Below, piece by piece: positions 30,419 to 39,095 of a stretch of DNA of 62,850 nt. The translations under genes and the position numbers were made by a program. The notes beneath the pieces are model-generated. The model saw only the letters and a list, made by a program, of their open reading frames with translations, was not told where the DNA came from and ran no database searches. Origin of the DNA: a virus (lineage: Duplodnaviria; Caudoviricetes); the IMG/VR virus record IMGVR_UViG_3300018080_000184, positions 1 to 62,850 of that record, one strand, 5' to 3'. Within the stretch, counting starts at the first letter, position 1; each line of letters starts with the position of its first letter.

Positions 30419-32392
30419 ATGGGCGTGCAAGACTCGTTGGACCAGGTTCTCGCAGAGCTGGGCAATCGATTGACGATGCTCAAAGATACGGGCCACCCCA
30501 ACACGCATCCGGAGTACAACGGAGCGCCGGTCGGAACGTCGTATCGGCAAACGGATGTTGCCCCCACGACAATTTACGACAAGGAGGTGGCGGGCTGGGT
30601 TGAGAGGGCTCTGCCGATCATTGGGGCCTCCGGCCGCTCTCGGTACGTTGATCCGAATTTTGTCGGCACGTCCTACGGATCAATAGTCAGCCCTTGGAAA
30701 ACAATTTCGGATGCCATCACCGATGTTCAGGACAACCTGACGCCGACGCAAGATAATCCAGCGGCAGTCGTTTGTGCGCACGCGACGTATCTCAATCCCG
30801 ATGTGGTGATGCGGCAGTCGGGCGTATATTTGTACGGAATCGGTTTTCCAACGCTGGCTACGACGACCTCCGTCTCACCACCACTGACGCTGACCAACGC
30901 CACCAACGCCGCCAGCTTCTACACATCAGGAGATTACGGAACGCTTGTCAATCAGGGAGATCGCGGAGCTTCGTCGAATATCGTGCACGGCTTCAATCTC
31001 TATGCAGGAGCCAGCTGCAATTATCGGATCTTGGGGTTGCTGGGCGTCAAGGGTGACAATGGGCCAGACAGCACATATTTTGGCTGGAAGGGTGAGTCGC
31101 TCGGCGTTCCCAGCATTGTGCTCTCGAGCATGTACTGGACGCGTTCGGGTCCTGCAACACAAGTCCATGCCTATCTGCGCAACTGCAACTACGTTGAATG
31201 GGTCCTCGGGCAGTTGGGTGGGATCGAGGGGTACAACTGCGGGCACTTCTACCTGTATGGTGCCTTCGCCTCCAAGCTCATTTGGGACTTGGACTTCACC
31301 AGCCCATATGGTTGGAAGACTCTTGGCAGCTACTTCAAAGCCCTCGCTTGTGATCTTGGTCAGTACAATGACCTCGTGAGCGTGCAGGGCGAAGCCACGA
31401 CGATCTTCGACAATTGCACGCTCTATGACGCTGAGGGATTGGAGACGGCACTTTTCGATATTCGCAACTCGGTCGTCATTCACGATACGACCATTGCGCC
31501 GACAGCAGAGATCAACACGTACCGAACCCTCCATCAGCGAAATCTGGATGTGCAGGGAGGTAGCGGCGGGCCGCTCTGTTCTGGCTACGACATCACTGTT
31601 GGCGGTACCTTTTCGGATCCTGATGAGCGCGTAGCCGGTGTTGCTCACATGCGGCGGCAATTTTGGGTGAAGGAGACAGAGCCGCATACGGGCAATGGGT
31701 CAGAAGGTCGACCGTACGACCGTCTTTCGCAGGCACTGAATCAGATTGACGAGGATGGCTTCATTCTCCATCTGCAGTCCGACGTCGCGCTCACCTCGGC
31801 TTTGACCATCCCCACGTACGCTTTCACGCTCGATGCTGAGGATTGGCGGCGCCACGTCATCGACCGCGGAACGAGCGCCATCTTTTCGATCACCGGTGCC
31901 GGCGACTGCACATTCAAAAACGTGCATTTCAAAGGAGAGCTGCGCCTCAACACAGCAAGCGTCGTCAAGCTACGGTTGGTGAACTGCTGGGTGGAAGGGC
32001 GTGTTCGGATTTCCGGCTGTGCTGCCGGTTCGCAGGTTTTGCTCGAGAACTCGGTGCTTACTGGTGTTGTCGGGCTCCGGGTTCCTCTCGTCATTGGCGA
32101 CTTCAACGCTGATGTCATTGCCAAGGACTGTTGGTTCGTTGGCTCGGCGACCAATGCGGCAGTGCAATGGACGTCCGCAGCTGCCACATTCGATTGTGGG
32201 CATTTCTACAACTGCACGTTCGTGACCGAAACCGGAACCTACACATTTGTCCGCGGTGGGAGTGTGACGTCGGGCTCAACGTACAGCCAAATGAATACCT
32301 CCAACAAGCCGTGGCAAAGTAACATCACCAACAAGCTGGCAACCAGCGGTGATGTGACCGACGCCAACGTTGCTGCCAAACTCTTCGTCTGA
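30419..32392 (+). CDS. beta-helix fibre/spike protein with two beta-helix modules
   Basis: YVDP...GSIVSPWKTISDAI and GNGSEGRPYDRLSQAL caps. Confidence 0.7.
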   Translation: MGVQDSLDQVLAELGNRLTMLKDTGHPNTHPEYNGAPVGTSYRQTDVAPTTIYDKEVAGWVERALPIIGASGRSRYVDPNFVGTSYGSIVSPWKTISDAITDVQDNLTPTQDNPAAVVCAHATYLNPDVVMRQSGVYLYGIGFPTLATTTSVSPPLTLTNATNAASFYTSGDYGTLVNQGDRGASSNIVHGFNLYAGASCNYRILGLLGVKGDNGPDSTYFGWKGESLGVPSIVLSSMYWTRSGPATQVHAYLRNCNYVEWVLGQLGGIEGYNCGHFYLYGAFASKLIWDLDFTSPYGWKTLGSYFKALACDLGQYNDLVSVQGEATTIFDNCTLYDAEGLETALFDIRNSVVIHDTTIAPTAEINTYRTLHQRNLDVQGGSGGPLCSGYDITVGGTFSDPDERVAGVAHMRRQFWVKETEPHTGNGSEGRPYDRLSQALNQIDEDGFILHLQSDVALTSALTIPTYAFTLDAEDWRRHVIDRGTSAIFSITGAGDCTFKNVHFKGELRLNTASVVKLRLVNCWVEGRVRISGCAAGSQVLLENSVLTGVVGLRVPLVIGDFNADVIAKDCWFVGSATNAAVQWTSAAATFDCGHFYNCTFVTETGTYTFVRGGSVTSGSTYSQMNTSNKPWQSNITNKLATSGDVTDANVAAKLFV

Positions 32393-32400
32393 GGTGTCGC

Positions 32401-33795
32401 ATGGGCGTGCAAGACTCGTTGGACCAGGTTCTTGCGGAGATGTCGAATCGCCGTGTCATGCTGCGTGGTGCGGGAGACCCGAACGGGGACTCCGGTCTCG
32501 ATGGTGCTCCCGCCGGCTCGCTATACTGGCAGGATTCGGGCGTCGAATGGATTCATCTTGCTGTGGGGCCGAGCAATTGGACACCAGTCGGCAGCGCTAC
32601 CACGCCACCGGAGACCGTTCGCTACGTTGGGCCGAATTCGACGGGATATGAGAACGGTTCGCAGTTGTTTCCGTACACGACTGCTCAGGACGGCATCAAT
32701 GACATCATCGCAATTGAAACGGCCGATCCTACTGCACGCTGCGAGCTGATCGTCGCGCCCGGATCCTACATTGGGCAGACCATCAGTCTGGAAAACGAAA
32801 ATCTCACCAACATTTCCATCGTGTGCGCTCCCCATTCTCAGACAGCACGGGACGGTTTGGACTACGGCGCCACGTTTTCAACCCTGAGCGCTGCCGTCGA
32901 CACCGAAAATCTTGTGTATCTTCACCTTGTCGGTCTGCGCTTCATCAACGGCTCGATTCAATGTGATGTCACCGACGGGGATTTGTGCTCGGTGAAGGGC
33001 TCGGTGATGAAATCGTGTCAGTTCACGAACCTGACGCTTGGTCAGATGACGCTCTTCAACATTGAAGAATGCAAGGTCCTCATCGGCTTTACGGTCACCA
33101 ACTGCACCGAGGTTTGGGCATATCGATCGCAGCTCGCAAGCATTGGTCCGGCCAACGCGATTATCGAGTGGGATGAGGACGCTCCGAAACCGCTTTTTGG
33201 CGTATCCACTTTTCTCTATGTTGAGGGCGACGTGCTGTGCAAAAAGATGACGACACGTCGCGTGGGGTCGCCGGGCGGAGATGTTTTTGTGAGCTTCAAG
33301 GATGGCTCACGAGTCAGCTCAGATCTGACCGTGGGGGCGGATTGCGCCGTAACCTGCGATCGCGACGGAATTCTCCCTGCCGACACCACAGTCGATGCTG
33401 GTGGGGCGGTCACAATCGAAAAGGGCGGTGAGTGGAATGTGTCGACGGCAACGACCATCAACTCCGCAGCCGTAGTTTCGTGGCCGAAAGATGCCGAGAA
33501 CGCGGACGTTGATACGGGTACGGAGACGGTCGACGAGTTTCCGGACACGGCAGGCGCCAGCGTCATGTGGTTCGTGCATGTGCAAAAGGGCGCCAACGTT
33601 GCGCGCCTCATTCTCGCCGCTTGTTGGGACGCTGCTACGAATGCGTTCTTCGTGGGAATGCCAATGACCTTGGCATTTATTGGAACAATCGACGTCACAG
33701 TATCGGCCGATCTCGTTGGCGATAACGTGCGACTGCGTGCGACCGCCACTTCCGATGACTGGACTGTGCGTGTGATCGAACGCGTCATATCTTAG
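32401..33795 (+). CDS. beta-helix fibre/spike protein, N-terminally paralogous to the upstream gene
   Basis: Same MGVQDSLDQVLAE start; YVGP...NGSQLFPYTTAQDGI cap. Confidence 0.7.
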   Translation: MGVQDSLDQVLAEMSNRRVMLRGAGDPNGDSGLDGAPAGSLYWQDSGVEWIHLAVGPSNWTPVGSATTPPETVRYVGPNSTGYENGSQLFPYTTAQDGINDIIAIETADPTARCELIVAPGSYIGQTISLENENLTNISIVCAPHSQTARDGLDYGATFSTLSAAVDTENLVYLHLVGLRFINGSIQCDVTDGDLCSVKGSVMKSCQFTNLTLGQMTLFNIEECKVLIGFTVTNCTEVWAYRSQLASIGPANAIIEWDEDAPKPLFGVSTFLYVEGDVLCKKMTTRRVGSPGGDVFVSFKDGSRVSSDLTVGADCAVTCDRDGILPADTTVDAGGAVTIEKGGEWNVSTATTINSAAVVSWPKDAENADVDTGTETVDEFPDTAGASVMWFVHVQKGANVARLILAACWDAATNAFFVGMPMTLAFIGTIDVTVSADLVGDNVRLRATATSDDWTVRVIERVIS

Positions 33796-33811
33796 CTGTG
33801 GGAGGTCGATC

Positions 33812-34177
33812 GTGTATTACCGAGCAAACAATTCTCGTATGGTCAATGGGACCGCTGCCGACACGTTTTGTCTCAACAAGGTGACACTTGTCTTTCAGGC
33901 CGATCGAAATACGGAAATTCTGCAGGTTCTGTACAAGGAAGGCAGCATCGTTGGCGGTATCTTTGTGCCCCTGTGTCGCCACAATCGAGAGCTCGTGGGG
34001 GTCGAGTTGACGCGGCCAAAAAGGGAAAGCAAGGAGAATGCCCCCCGCGATGCGAATAAGGAGAGCAGCCTTTTTGACCAATCGCTTGGAAGCAGCGCGC
34101 GAGAAGTGAATCATCGTCTCGTTTGGACCGCTTTGAAAGAAGCGGGATTTCTGCCAGAAGGTGAGATAATGACTTGA
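33812..34177 (+). CDS. hypothetical protein
   Basis: GGGAGG RBS before GTG; TGATG coupling to the next gene. Confidence 0.55.
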   Translation: MYYRANNSRMVNGTAADTFCLNKVTLVFQADRNTEILQVLYKEGSIVGGIFVPLCRHNRELVGVELTRPKRESKENAPRDANKESSLFDQSLGSSAREVNHRLVWTALKEAGFLPEGEIMT

Positions 34178-34506
34178 TGATTGGGAAAGTCTGGGCTTGG
34201 TGGAAAGCGCACTGGCAGTGGGTGCTCTTTCCGGTTGGTCTTGGAAGTTTGCTCATCGCTTATCTTGTCGGCCGATCGTCCCATGGCCGGATTTCACAAG
34301 GACTTCTTGATCTGTCACCCAACGGTTTGCCCGAAGTTGACCGAGTTCTCCATGCGCTTAAGCGACGAGATCAAAAACTGGCGGAGCTTTCAGAAGAGCA
34401 CAAGGAAAAGCTGGCCGACTTGAGTGAAGAACAGCAGGACGAGCTTCGGCAGCTTCGGGAACAGCCGCTTACGGAGGTTGTGGCATGGTTCGACAAGTTG
34501 CGCTGA
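34177..34506 (+). CDS. N-terminally anchored coiled-coil protein (i-spanin-like)
   Basis: Single TM followed by a charged helix; overlaps the next gene. Confidence 0.5.
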   Translation: MIGKVWAWWKAHWQWVLFPVGLGSLLIAYLVGRSSHGRISQGLLDLSPNGLPEVDRVLHALKRRDQKLAELSEEHKEKLADLSEEQQDELRQLREQPLTEVVAWFDKLR

Positions 34507-35024
34507 TTCTTCTGATTCTTCTGATCCCATCCACAGCACACCCACAAGGTGTGGATAACTGCTCAACGCAAAATTACAACAGCGAGGCGCCGCCCAACTT
34601 TGGCTGCCCCGGTCCTGACGAGGACTTGTTTGTGCCGGTGCTCTCCCCTCCTGCGTCAGTACCCGTTGCACGAGGCACGAACGTGGTGGCCGAGTGGGAT
34701 GGTGCCCTCGTCCACCGCGACAGTCTTCTTCTCGTAGGCTCCCGTCTCAAAGCGGCCCGCCGGCTAAGATGGCTCGATCGCCTCACTTTCTCTGAGCGTT
34801 ACGCTATCGAGGTCGAGCTCGTTCGCCGGGCCGCCGAAATTCAGCATGACCATCTCGAGCAGCGCAACACTCTCATGCGCGAGCGGGTGGAGTTGCTCGA
34901 GCAGGACCGGGCGCGTCAGGGGGCGTGGTACAGGTCCTGGTGGTTCGGTGTGGTAGTAGGAGTCGTTGGGTCCGTGGTGTTCTTTGGAGCGTCGCTTCTT
35001 GCGTACCTCCAGCTTGCCTCATAA
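34485..35024 (+). CDS. exported protein with C-terminal TM (spanin-like partner)
   Basis: Signal-like N-terminus, coiled coil, C-terminal WWFGVVVGVVG helix. Confidence 0.5.
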   Translation: MVRQVALILLILLIPSTAHPQGVDNCSTQNYNSEAPPNFGCPGPDEDLFVPVLSPPASVPVARGTNVVAEWDGALVHRDSLLLVGSRLKAARRLRWLDRLTFSERYAIEVELVRRAAEIQHDHLEQRNTLMRERVELLEQDRARQGAWYRSWWFGVVVGVVGSVVFFGASLLAYLQLAS

Positions 35025-35029
35025 GCAGG

Positions 35030-35220
35030 TAAAAGAACTGCCCCGAGAGGACCGCGCCGACAATGGGCGCATTTTCGATGTCCTCTCGGGGCGGGAACCA
35101 ACAGAAAGGACTATCCTTTCTGTTGTTGCAGAGCCGCCATAATGGGCGGCTCTGCCGGAGTCGTCGCCGGAGCCGTGCCGCGCGGTACCGCGCAGTTCAC
35201 CGCTCGCGCTAACGCTCTCC
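35030..35220 (-). ncRNA. candidate structured RNA / multi-hairpin element
   Basis: Stems at 35040-35092, 35099-35125 and 35128-35155, palindrome at 35180-35193; T-tract at the 3' end; no credible ORF. Confidence 0.45.
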
Positions 35221-35231
35221 TTTCTAAAATT

Positions 35232-35259
35232 CTTCTGCCAGAAAAATCTTTGAATTTTC
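35232..35259 (-). promoter_or_regulatory. variant phage promoter motif GAAAA-N17-CAGAAG
   Basis: Near-identical to the copy at 2952-2979. Confidence 0.5.
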
Positions 35260-35269
35260 ACTACTTAGC

Positions 35270-35390
35270 TAAAAAAGGAGAGTTTTGAAGAAACGCCCAG
35301 GGCGGCCGTGTCAGCGGCCGCCCTGGGCGAGTTTCTGGAAAGGAGGAAGCGGGCACCGGCTGGGGGTAATAACCGATACCCGCTCCACTA
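35270..35390 (-). ncRNA. candidate small RNA of about 120 nt
   Basis: Promoter motif directly upstream; 13-bp stem needing G-U pairs on the minus strand; 15-bp perfect stem at 35294-35329; T-rich tail. Confidence 0.5.
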
Positions 35391-35392
35391 CT

Positions 35393-35420
35393 CTTATACC
35401 GTTTCCCGTTTAGAATTTTC
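35393..35420 (-). promoter_or_regulatory. phage promoter motif GAAAA-N17-TATAAG
   Basis: Full consensus match. Confidence 0.7.
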
Positions 35421-35583
35421 CGGCTTCTTGCGAGGCACGCTTGATAGCCAGGATCATCTGTTCCCGTGTTGCAGGTGCGGCAATGCCGATCTTGTCACAA
35501 AGTTTCCTGAGCGCGTTCAGGGGAAAGTCATCAATGCGGTCATCGAGCTGGAGGACTGTGTCCTGTGGCCCGAGTCTTCGCAC
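35410..35583 (-). CDS. 57-aa protein, helix-extended-helix/Rho-N-like (not in ORF track)
   Basis: Hand translation: MRRLGPQDTVLQLDDRIDDFPLNALRKLCDKIGIAAPATREQMILAIKRASQEAGKF; TAGTG overlap with the upstream gene. Confidence 0.55.
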   Translation of the reverse strand: MRRLGPQDTVLQLDDRIDDFPLNALRKLCDKIGIAAPATREQMILAIKRASQEAGKF

Positions 35584-36269
35584 TATTCGCTGATGTGCTT
35601 CTCAGCACGTTCCTTGGCCATCTTGATGATGGCCCCGAAGTTCTTGATCGGGTTGGCAAGTCCGACTTGAAAGGCGCGGGCGAAGGAGAGCTTGACCGTC
35701 TCACTCAGATCGACCACCTCCGAGCGCGTGGTGATGACCGTCGTGTGGATGGCTTCCACGAGCTGAGATATGGAGTCGGCGAGGCTGATGAGTGTGTCCA
35801 GCTTCTGCTCGATGTCCCCGTTTGCTCGCGAGACCGGCGCCTTGCCGATGCTCTCCTCTGCTGGCGCCTCATCGTCAAACGGGTTGGTGCTGGCACCGTT
35901 CCCGCCTTCCTCGTCACCAAAAAGGTTGCTGTAGGGGTCGCTGTCGATCTGGGGCTCTTCTTTCTTCTTGGGAGGACGACCGCGCCTCTTCGGGGTTTGC
36001 TGCGTTTGTGTCATTGCTTCTTCCTTCTCCTTCTCCTTCTCAACGGATGGGCTTGTGTACCCCTGCAACATCTCCATTTGGAGACGACCTGCATCGTAGG
36101 CATCGAGGATAAGCTCGATGAGCGCAGAGGGTCCTTCTTCGTCTGCTGTTTGAATGGCTTCTTCACCCTCACCGGCCAGCACAAGAAGCCGCCGCATTCG
36201 GTAGCGGGACATGTGCGTCAGCTTTGTTTCTACGGCGCGGCGAGCCGTATCAGCTTTCGCTTTCGTCAT
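35583..36269 (-). CDS. hypothetical protein with AT-hook-like motif
   Basis: PKRRGRPPKK, acidic linker, C-terminal coiled coil. Confidence 0.7.
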   Translation of the reverse strand: MTKAKADTARRAVETKLTHMSRYRMRRLLVLAGEGEEAIQTADEEGPSALIELILDAYDAGRLQMEMLQGYTSPSVEKEKEKEEAMTQTQQTPKRRGRPPKKKEEPQIDSDPYSNLFGDEEGGNGASTNPFDDEAPAEESIGKAPVSRANGDIEQKLDTLISLADSISQLVEAIHTTVITTRSEVVDLSETVKLSFARAFQVGLANPIKNFGAIIKMAKERAEKHISE

Positions 36270-36654
36270 AGCTTGTCTCCTCGGCTGAAATAGTGTCTGC
36301 ACTTGCTAGATAACAAACAAGCACCTCCATGTCACTGTGCTGGTAACAGTTGCCGTTGCACTGCAGAAGCATCTGATCTTTGATCCTATCGTAGTGGATT
36401 CGGATGAAACGAGCTATGCGATCGCGTAACGCATCAATCGGATTCTCAATCTTTTTGCTCTCTCCCTGCTGCAGCAGCTCAATGAGCTCCTCATGAGGAA
36501 TTCCTCGATGCGCGCGAATTCCCAATAGCCGCAAGATTTCGACCATTTCGGTCTTGTTCATAAACGGTAGATCGTTTGAATTGATGCGGATACCGTTCGT
36601 CTGGATTTCCACGTCCCAATCAATCTTTGGGAACACCCATCTGCGCTTTGCCAT
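36250..36654 (-). CDS. hypothetical protein
   Basis: In operon; CNGNCYQH metal-ligand-like motif. Confidence 0.7.
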   Translation of the reverse strand: MAKRRWVFPKIDWDVEIQTNGIRINSNDLPFMNKTEMVEILRLLGIRAHRGIPHEELIELLQQGESKKIENPIDALRDRIARFIRIHYDRIKDQMLLQCNGNCYQHSDMEVLVCYLASADTISAEETSYDESES

Positions 36655-36663
36655 TTTTGGTCT

Positions 36664-37137
36664 CTATTGCCCAAACGCACGGGCCCAATCCTCATCCAGC
36701 TCGACAAGAGTGATTTCTACGCGGGGGTCATTTGGATCAACGAATTTGAGCTTGCGGATGTGAAAAAGGTGGCTGTCGTCCACTCCGATCGCGGTCATGA
36801 GGCCGTCGACAAGCAACTTCTGTCGGTTCTGCGTATCAACCTTCCGGTAGCGGGAGCGCGTTATACCCTTTGACCAGTTGACATTTTCGATGACCGGAAA
36901 GTAAGCACTGATGCTGATTGCGTAGGGGACATCGGTGCGCAATTGGATTGAGGAGTGGGCAGCGAGGTCGGCCACCCTGCTGGCTACCAAGGTTTTGTAC
37001 GACTTGGCTTCGGCCGTTAGGATGCGGCCTCGTCGACCGCGCAGCGTCGTGTAGATGTGATTATCGGTTGGTGGGAGCGGTAAAGTCAGGTGCAGCCGCG
37101 GCTTGCTGTGGTGGAGATCTAGGCCATCCTCAATCAT
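36664..37137 (-). CDS. rusA: RusA family Holliday junction resolvase
   Basis: LPLPPTDN start; DTQNRQKLLVDGL...DDS catalytic pattern; PRVEITL end. Confidence 0.85.
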   Translation of the reverse strand: MIEDGLDLHHSKPRLHLTLPLPPTDNHIYTTLRGRRGRILTAEAKSYKTLVASRVADLAAHSSIQLRTDVPYAISISAYFPVIENVNWSKGITRSRYRKVDTQNRQKLLVDGLMTAIGVDDSHLFHIRKLKFVDPNDPRVEITLVELDEDWARAFGQ

Positions 37138-37717
37138 GTTTGCCCCTCGGTACGTGCGTCCCTCGGCCCAACGCGACGTTGTGGGCGCGTTGATGCTGGT
37201 CCATCTCTCGCTTTCGGTATTCGACGTCGCGAGAAAGGACGCCTCGAGCGCGCTCTAGGCCCTCGCAGATGGCACGTAGGTCTTTGGCGATGCCCACCCA
37301 TTTGATCCACGCCTCCTCGAGATCCAAGCAGCGGTTATCCGTTGCGGCCTTGGCCTTTCGCTCTTCGCCGGTGCCCGTCGCCGACAAGTAGACTCGGTGA
37401 CGCATGCGACGGTACTTGCGCTCCGCTTTGATTTCTTTGATCTCGGCTCGAGAAAGCATTCGTGTGGCGTAAGCGTAGACTGACACATAGGCGCCTTGCA
37501 GATCCGAGTTTTCTCGATTTGTGAGTTCCGAGATACGTTCGGGCAGCTCCTGGATGCGTCCGTTGAACATTTTGATTGCTGGTGCCGGGTCGAACCCGAG
37601 TTGTTTTATCGCGGCATCGATCTCTGCTTCGATGCCGTCGAACAGTTTGGTGAACCGCTCATAGTCATCGACCATGCTGGCCACAGCCAGCCGCTCTGTT
37701 CTCCGTCCTTGCGGCAT
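37130..37717 (-). CDS. helical protein, possible UvsY-like recombination mediator
   Basis: Long amphipathic helices; sits in the recombination cluster near RecA. Confidence 0.45.
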   Translation of the reverse strand: MPQGRRTERLAVASMVDDYERFTKLFDGIEAEIDAAIKQLGFDPAPAIKMFNGRIQELPERISELTNRENSDLQGAYVSVYAYATRMLSRAEIKEIKAERKYRRMRHRVYLSATGTGEERKAKAATDNRCLDLEEAWIKWVGIAKDLRAICEGLERARGVLSRDVEYRKREMDQHQRAHNVALGRGTHVPRGKHD

Positions 37718-37720
37718 TTC

Positions 37721-38557
37721 TCACACCCGACTTGGCTTGGCTCCTCGTACACGGGATATGTTGGGCCGACACTCGGTGAAGAATTTGCACCGAAAGCATC
37801 CACGATTTGTGGCACGTTCGGGCTCGTCGCTATTGTGTAGCTCGTACTCGAGTATCCTGCGCAGTCGGTGCTCAATCTCTGTCCAAAGTTTCTTGTCGAA
37901 GTAGATGAAGTAGGCGCGCATGCTCGAGTCGTTTTTGCAGTAGTAGAGAAGAACAGTCAGCGGCCGCCCACTGGTCTTCATGTACCCGTGCACCTGCTTG
38001 ACGTACCGCTTGTCTGGGGTGCTGCCGAGGCGCTCGAAGCCGGACTGATTGATCGTTTTATACTCCCAGATGAACGGGATAGAGTAGCGTGCGCCGTTGT
38101 GCACGAACTCTCTGGTCTGTGCTCCGTCAGCGCTCCCGCACAAACGAAGTGAGCGGGTGTCTCGATTCGTTTCCCAGAAAGCGACTTCCTCGTGGTACTC
38201 GTAGTCGTGAACGAGTGCCCGGGTGTGTTGGTAATATTGCATCTGCAAATGGATGGCAGTTCCGGTATCAAATATCAATTGAGTGCTGCTGTCGGTGCGA
38301 GATCTTTCCTTGGCGCCAACCAACTCCAAGAACAGGTACATGTCGCAAGGATTGCCGAGGCTTGACGGGTGGAACATGGCCTTCGTGCGTGGTTGGTTCC
38401 AGTCATGCAGGGATCGCCAAGGAATCTGTCTGACTCGCACCTCTTTGGCCCAGTCTTTCAGCTCCTGGGCAGGATCCCATGAAGCGATTGCCTCGCGCGC
38501 TCCTGGATGGGCAGCGAAGTCGTCAATCGTCTGTATCGTGATTGGTGTTGCGGTCAT
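37721..38557 (-). CDS. Cas4-like PD-(D/E)XK exonuclease with Fe-S cluster ligands
   Basis: HPSSLGNPC, GTAIH, GSADG, EYKT, QVHGYM and C-terminal CFRCKFFTEC. Confidence 0.85.
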   Translation of the reverse strand: MTATPITIQTIDDFAAHPGAREAIASWDPAQELKDWAKEVRVRQIPWRSLHDWNQPRTKAMFHPSSLGNPCDMYLFLELVGAKERSRTDSSTQLIFDTGTAIHLQMQYYQHTRALVHDYEYHEEVAFWETNRDTRSLRLCGSADGAQTREFVHNGARYSIPFIWEYKTINQSGFERLGSTPDKRYVKQVHGYMKTSGRPLTVLLYYCKNDSSMRAYFIYFDKKLWTEIEHRLRRILEYELHNSDEPERATNRGCFRCKFFTECRPNISRVRGAKPSRV

Positions 38558-39095
38558 CCTGAATCAGCTCCACGAAGTCTTCCCATAGCAGCACGGCGGC
38601 ATTAAGCCCATCGATTCCAATTCGCAGGGCGCCTCCGCGGCCGCTGCTTGCCGCATCACGCACGATCTTGTAGATCAGCGCCTTCGTAATGCGGAAGCTG
38701 CTGGCCTTTGTGAACTTGTCTTCGATGGCCCATCCGGCGTTGCGGAAGTCTCCTTTGGCTACGAGAGCGCCGGAGGCTGGAGTAGTCCGGCCCCCAATAG
38801 CCTCGGCACCCTCGAGCTCGCGCCGCATTGATTGCTTCTTGATTGCACGGCGCTGGCTTTTATCGCGAGTGGTGAACGTATCCTCCGCTGTAATCGTTTC
38901 GGAAATAGTGATCTCCCGACCGCCGCTGGCGAACGTCTTGAGGCAGCTCGGACAGATGGACTCCTCGGATAGACGAGTGGCTCCATCATGGGTACGGACG
39001 AGCACCTCGAGTTGCAGAAGTCCCTCGGGGTCCCAGCAATCCATGCACATGCCCGCATCGGCACGTCTGAGTCGGACTACAACTTGTGCAGGCAT
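38523..39095 (-). CDS. PD-(D/E)XK resolvase-like nuclease with N-terminal zinc finger
   Basis: CMDC...CPSC; SGALVAKGD...IEDK. Confidence 0.7.
   Translation of the reverse strand: MPAQVVVRLRRADAGMCMDCWDPEGLLQLEVLVRTHDGATRLSEESICPSCLKTFASGGREITISETITAEDTFTTRDKSQRRAIKKQSMRRELEGAEAIGGRTTPASGALVAKGDFRNAGWAIEDKFTKASSFRITKALIYKIVRDAASSGRGGALRIGIDGLNAAVLLWEDFVELIQDDRNTNHDTDD

Noticed and set aside
30419-33795. Diversity-generating retroelement or invertase shufflon acting on spike genes
   Set aside because: No reverse transcriptase, recombinase, or template/variable repeat pair visible in the window
35030-35390. tRNA genes in the hairpin-rich gap
   Set aside because: No cloverleaf or T-loop GTTCRA signature recognised; stems are too long
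35500-35540. Possible programmed frameshift at TTTCCCC
   Set aside because: On rereading, the 57-aa ORF 35410..35583 is continuous in one frame
37721-38557. Cas4-like gene as sign of a CRISPR-Cas locus
   Set aside because: No repeat-spacer array or other cas genes seen; solo Cas4-like nucleases are common in phage replication modules
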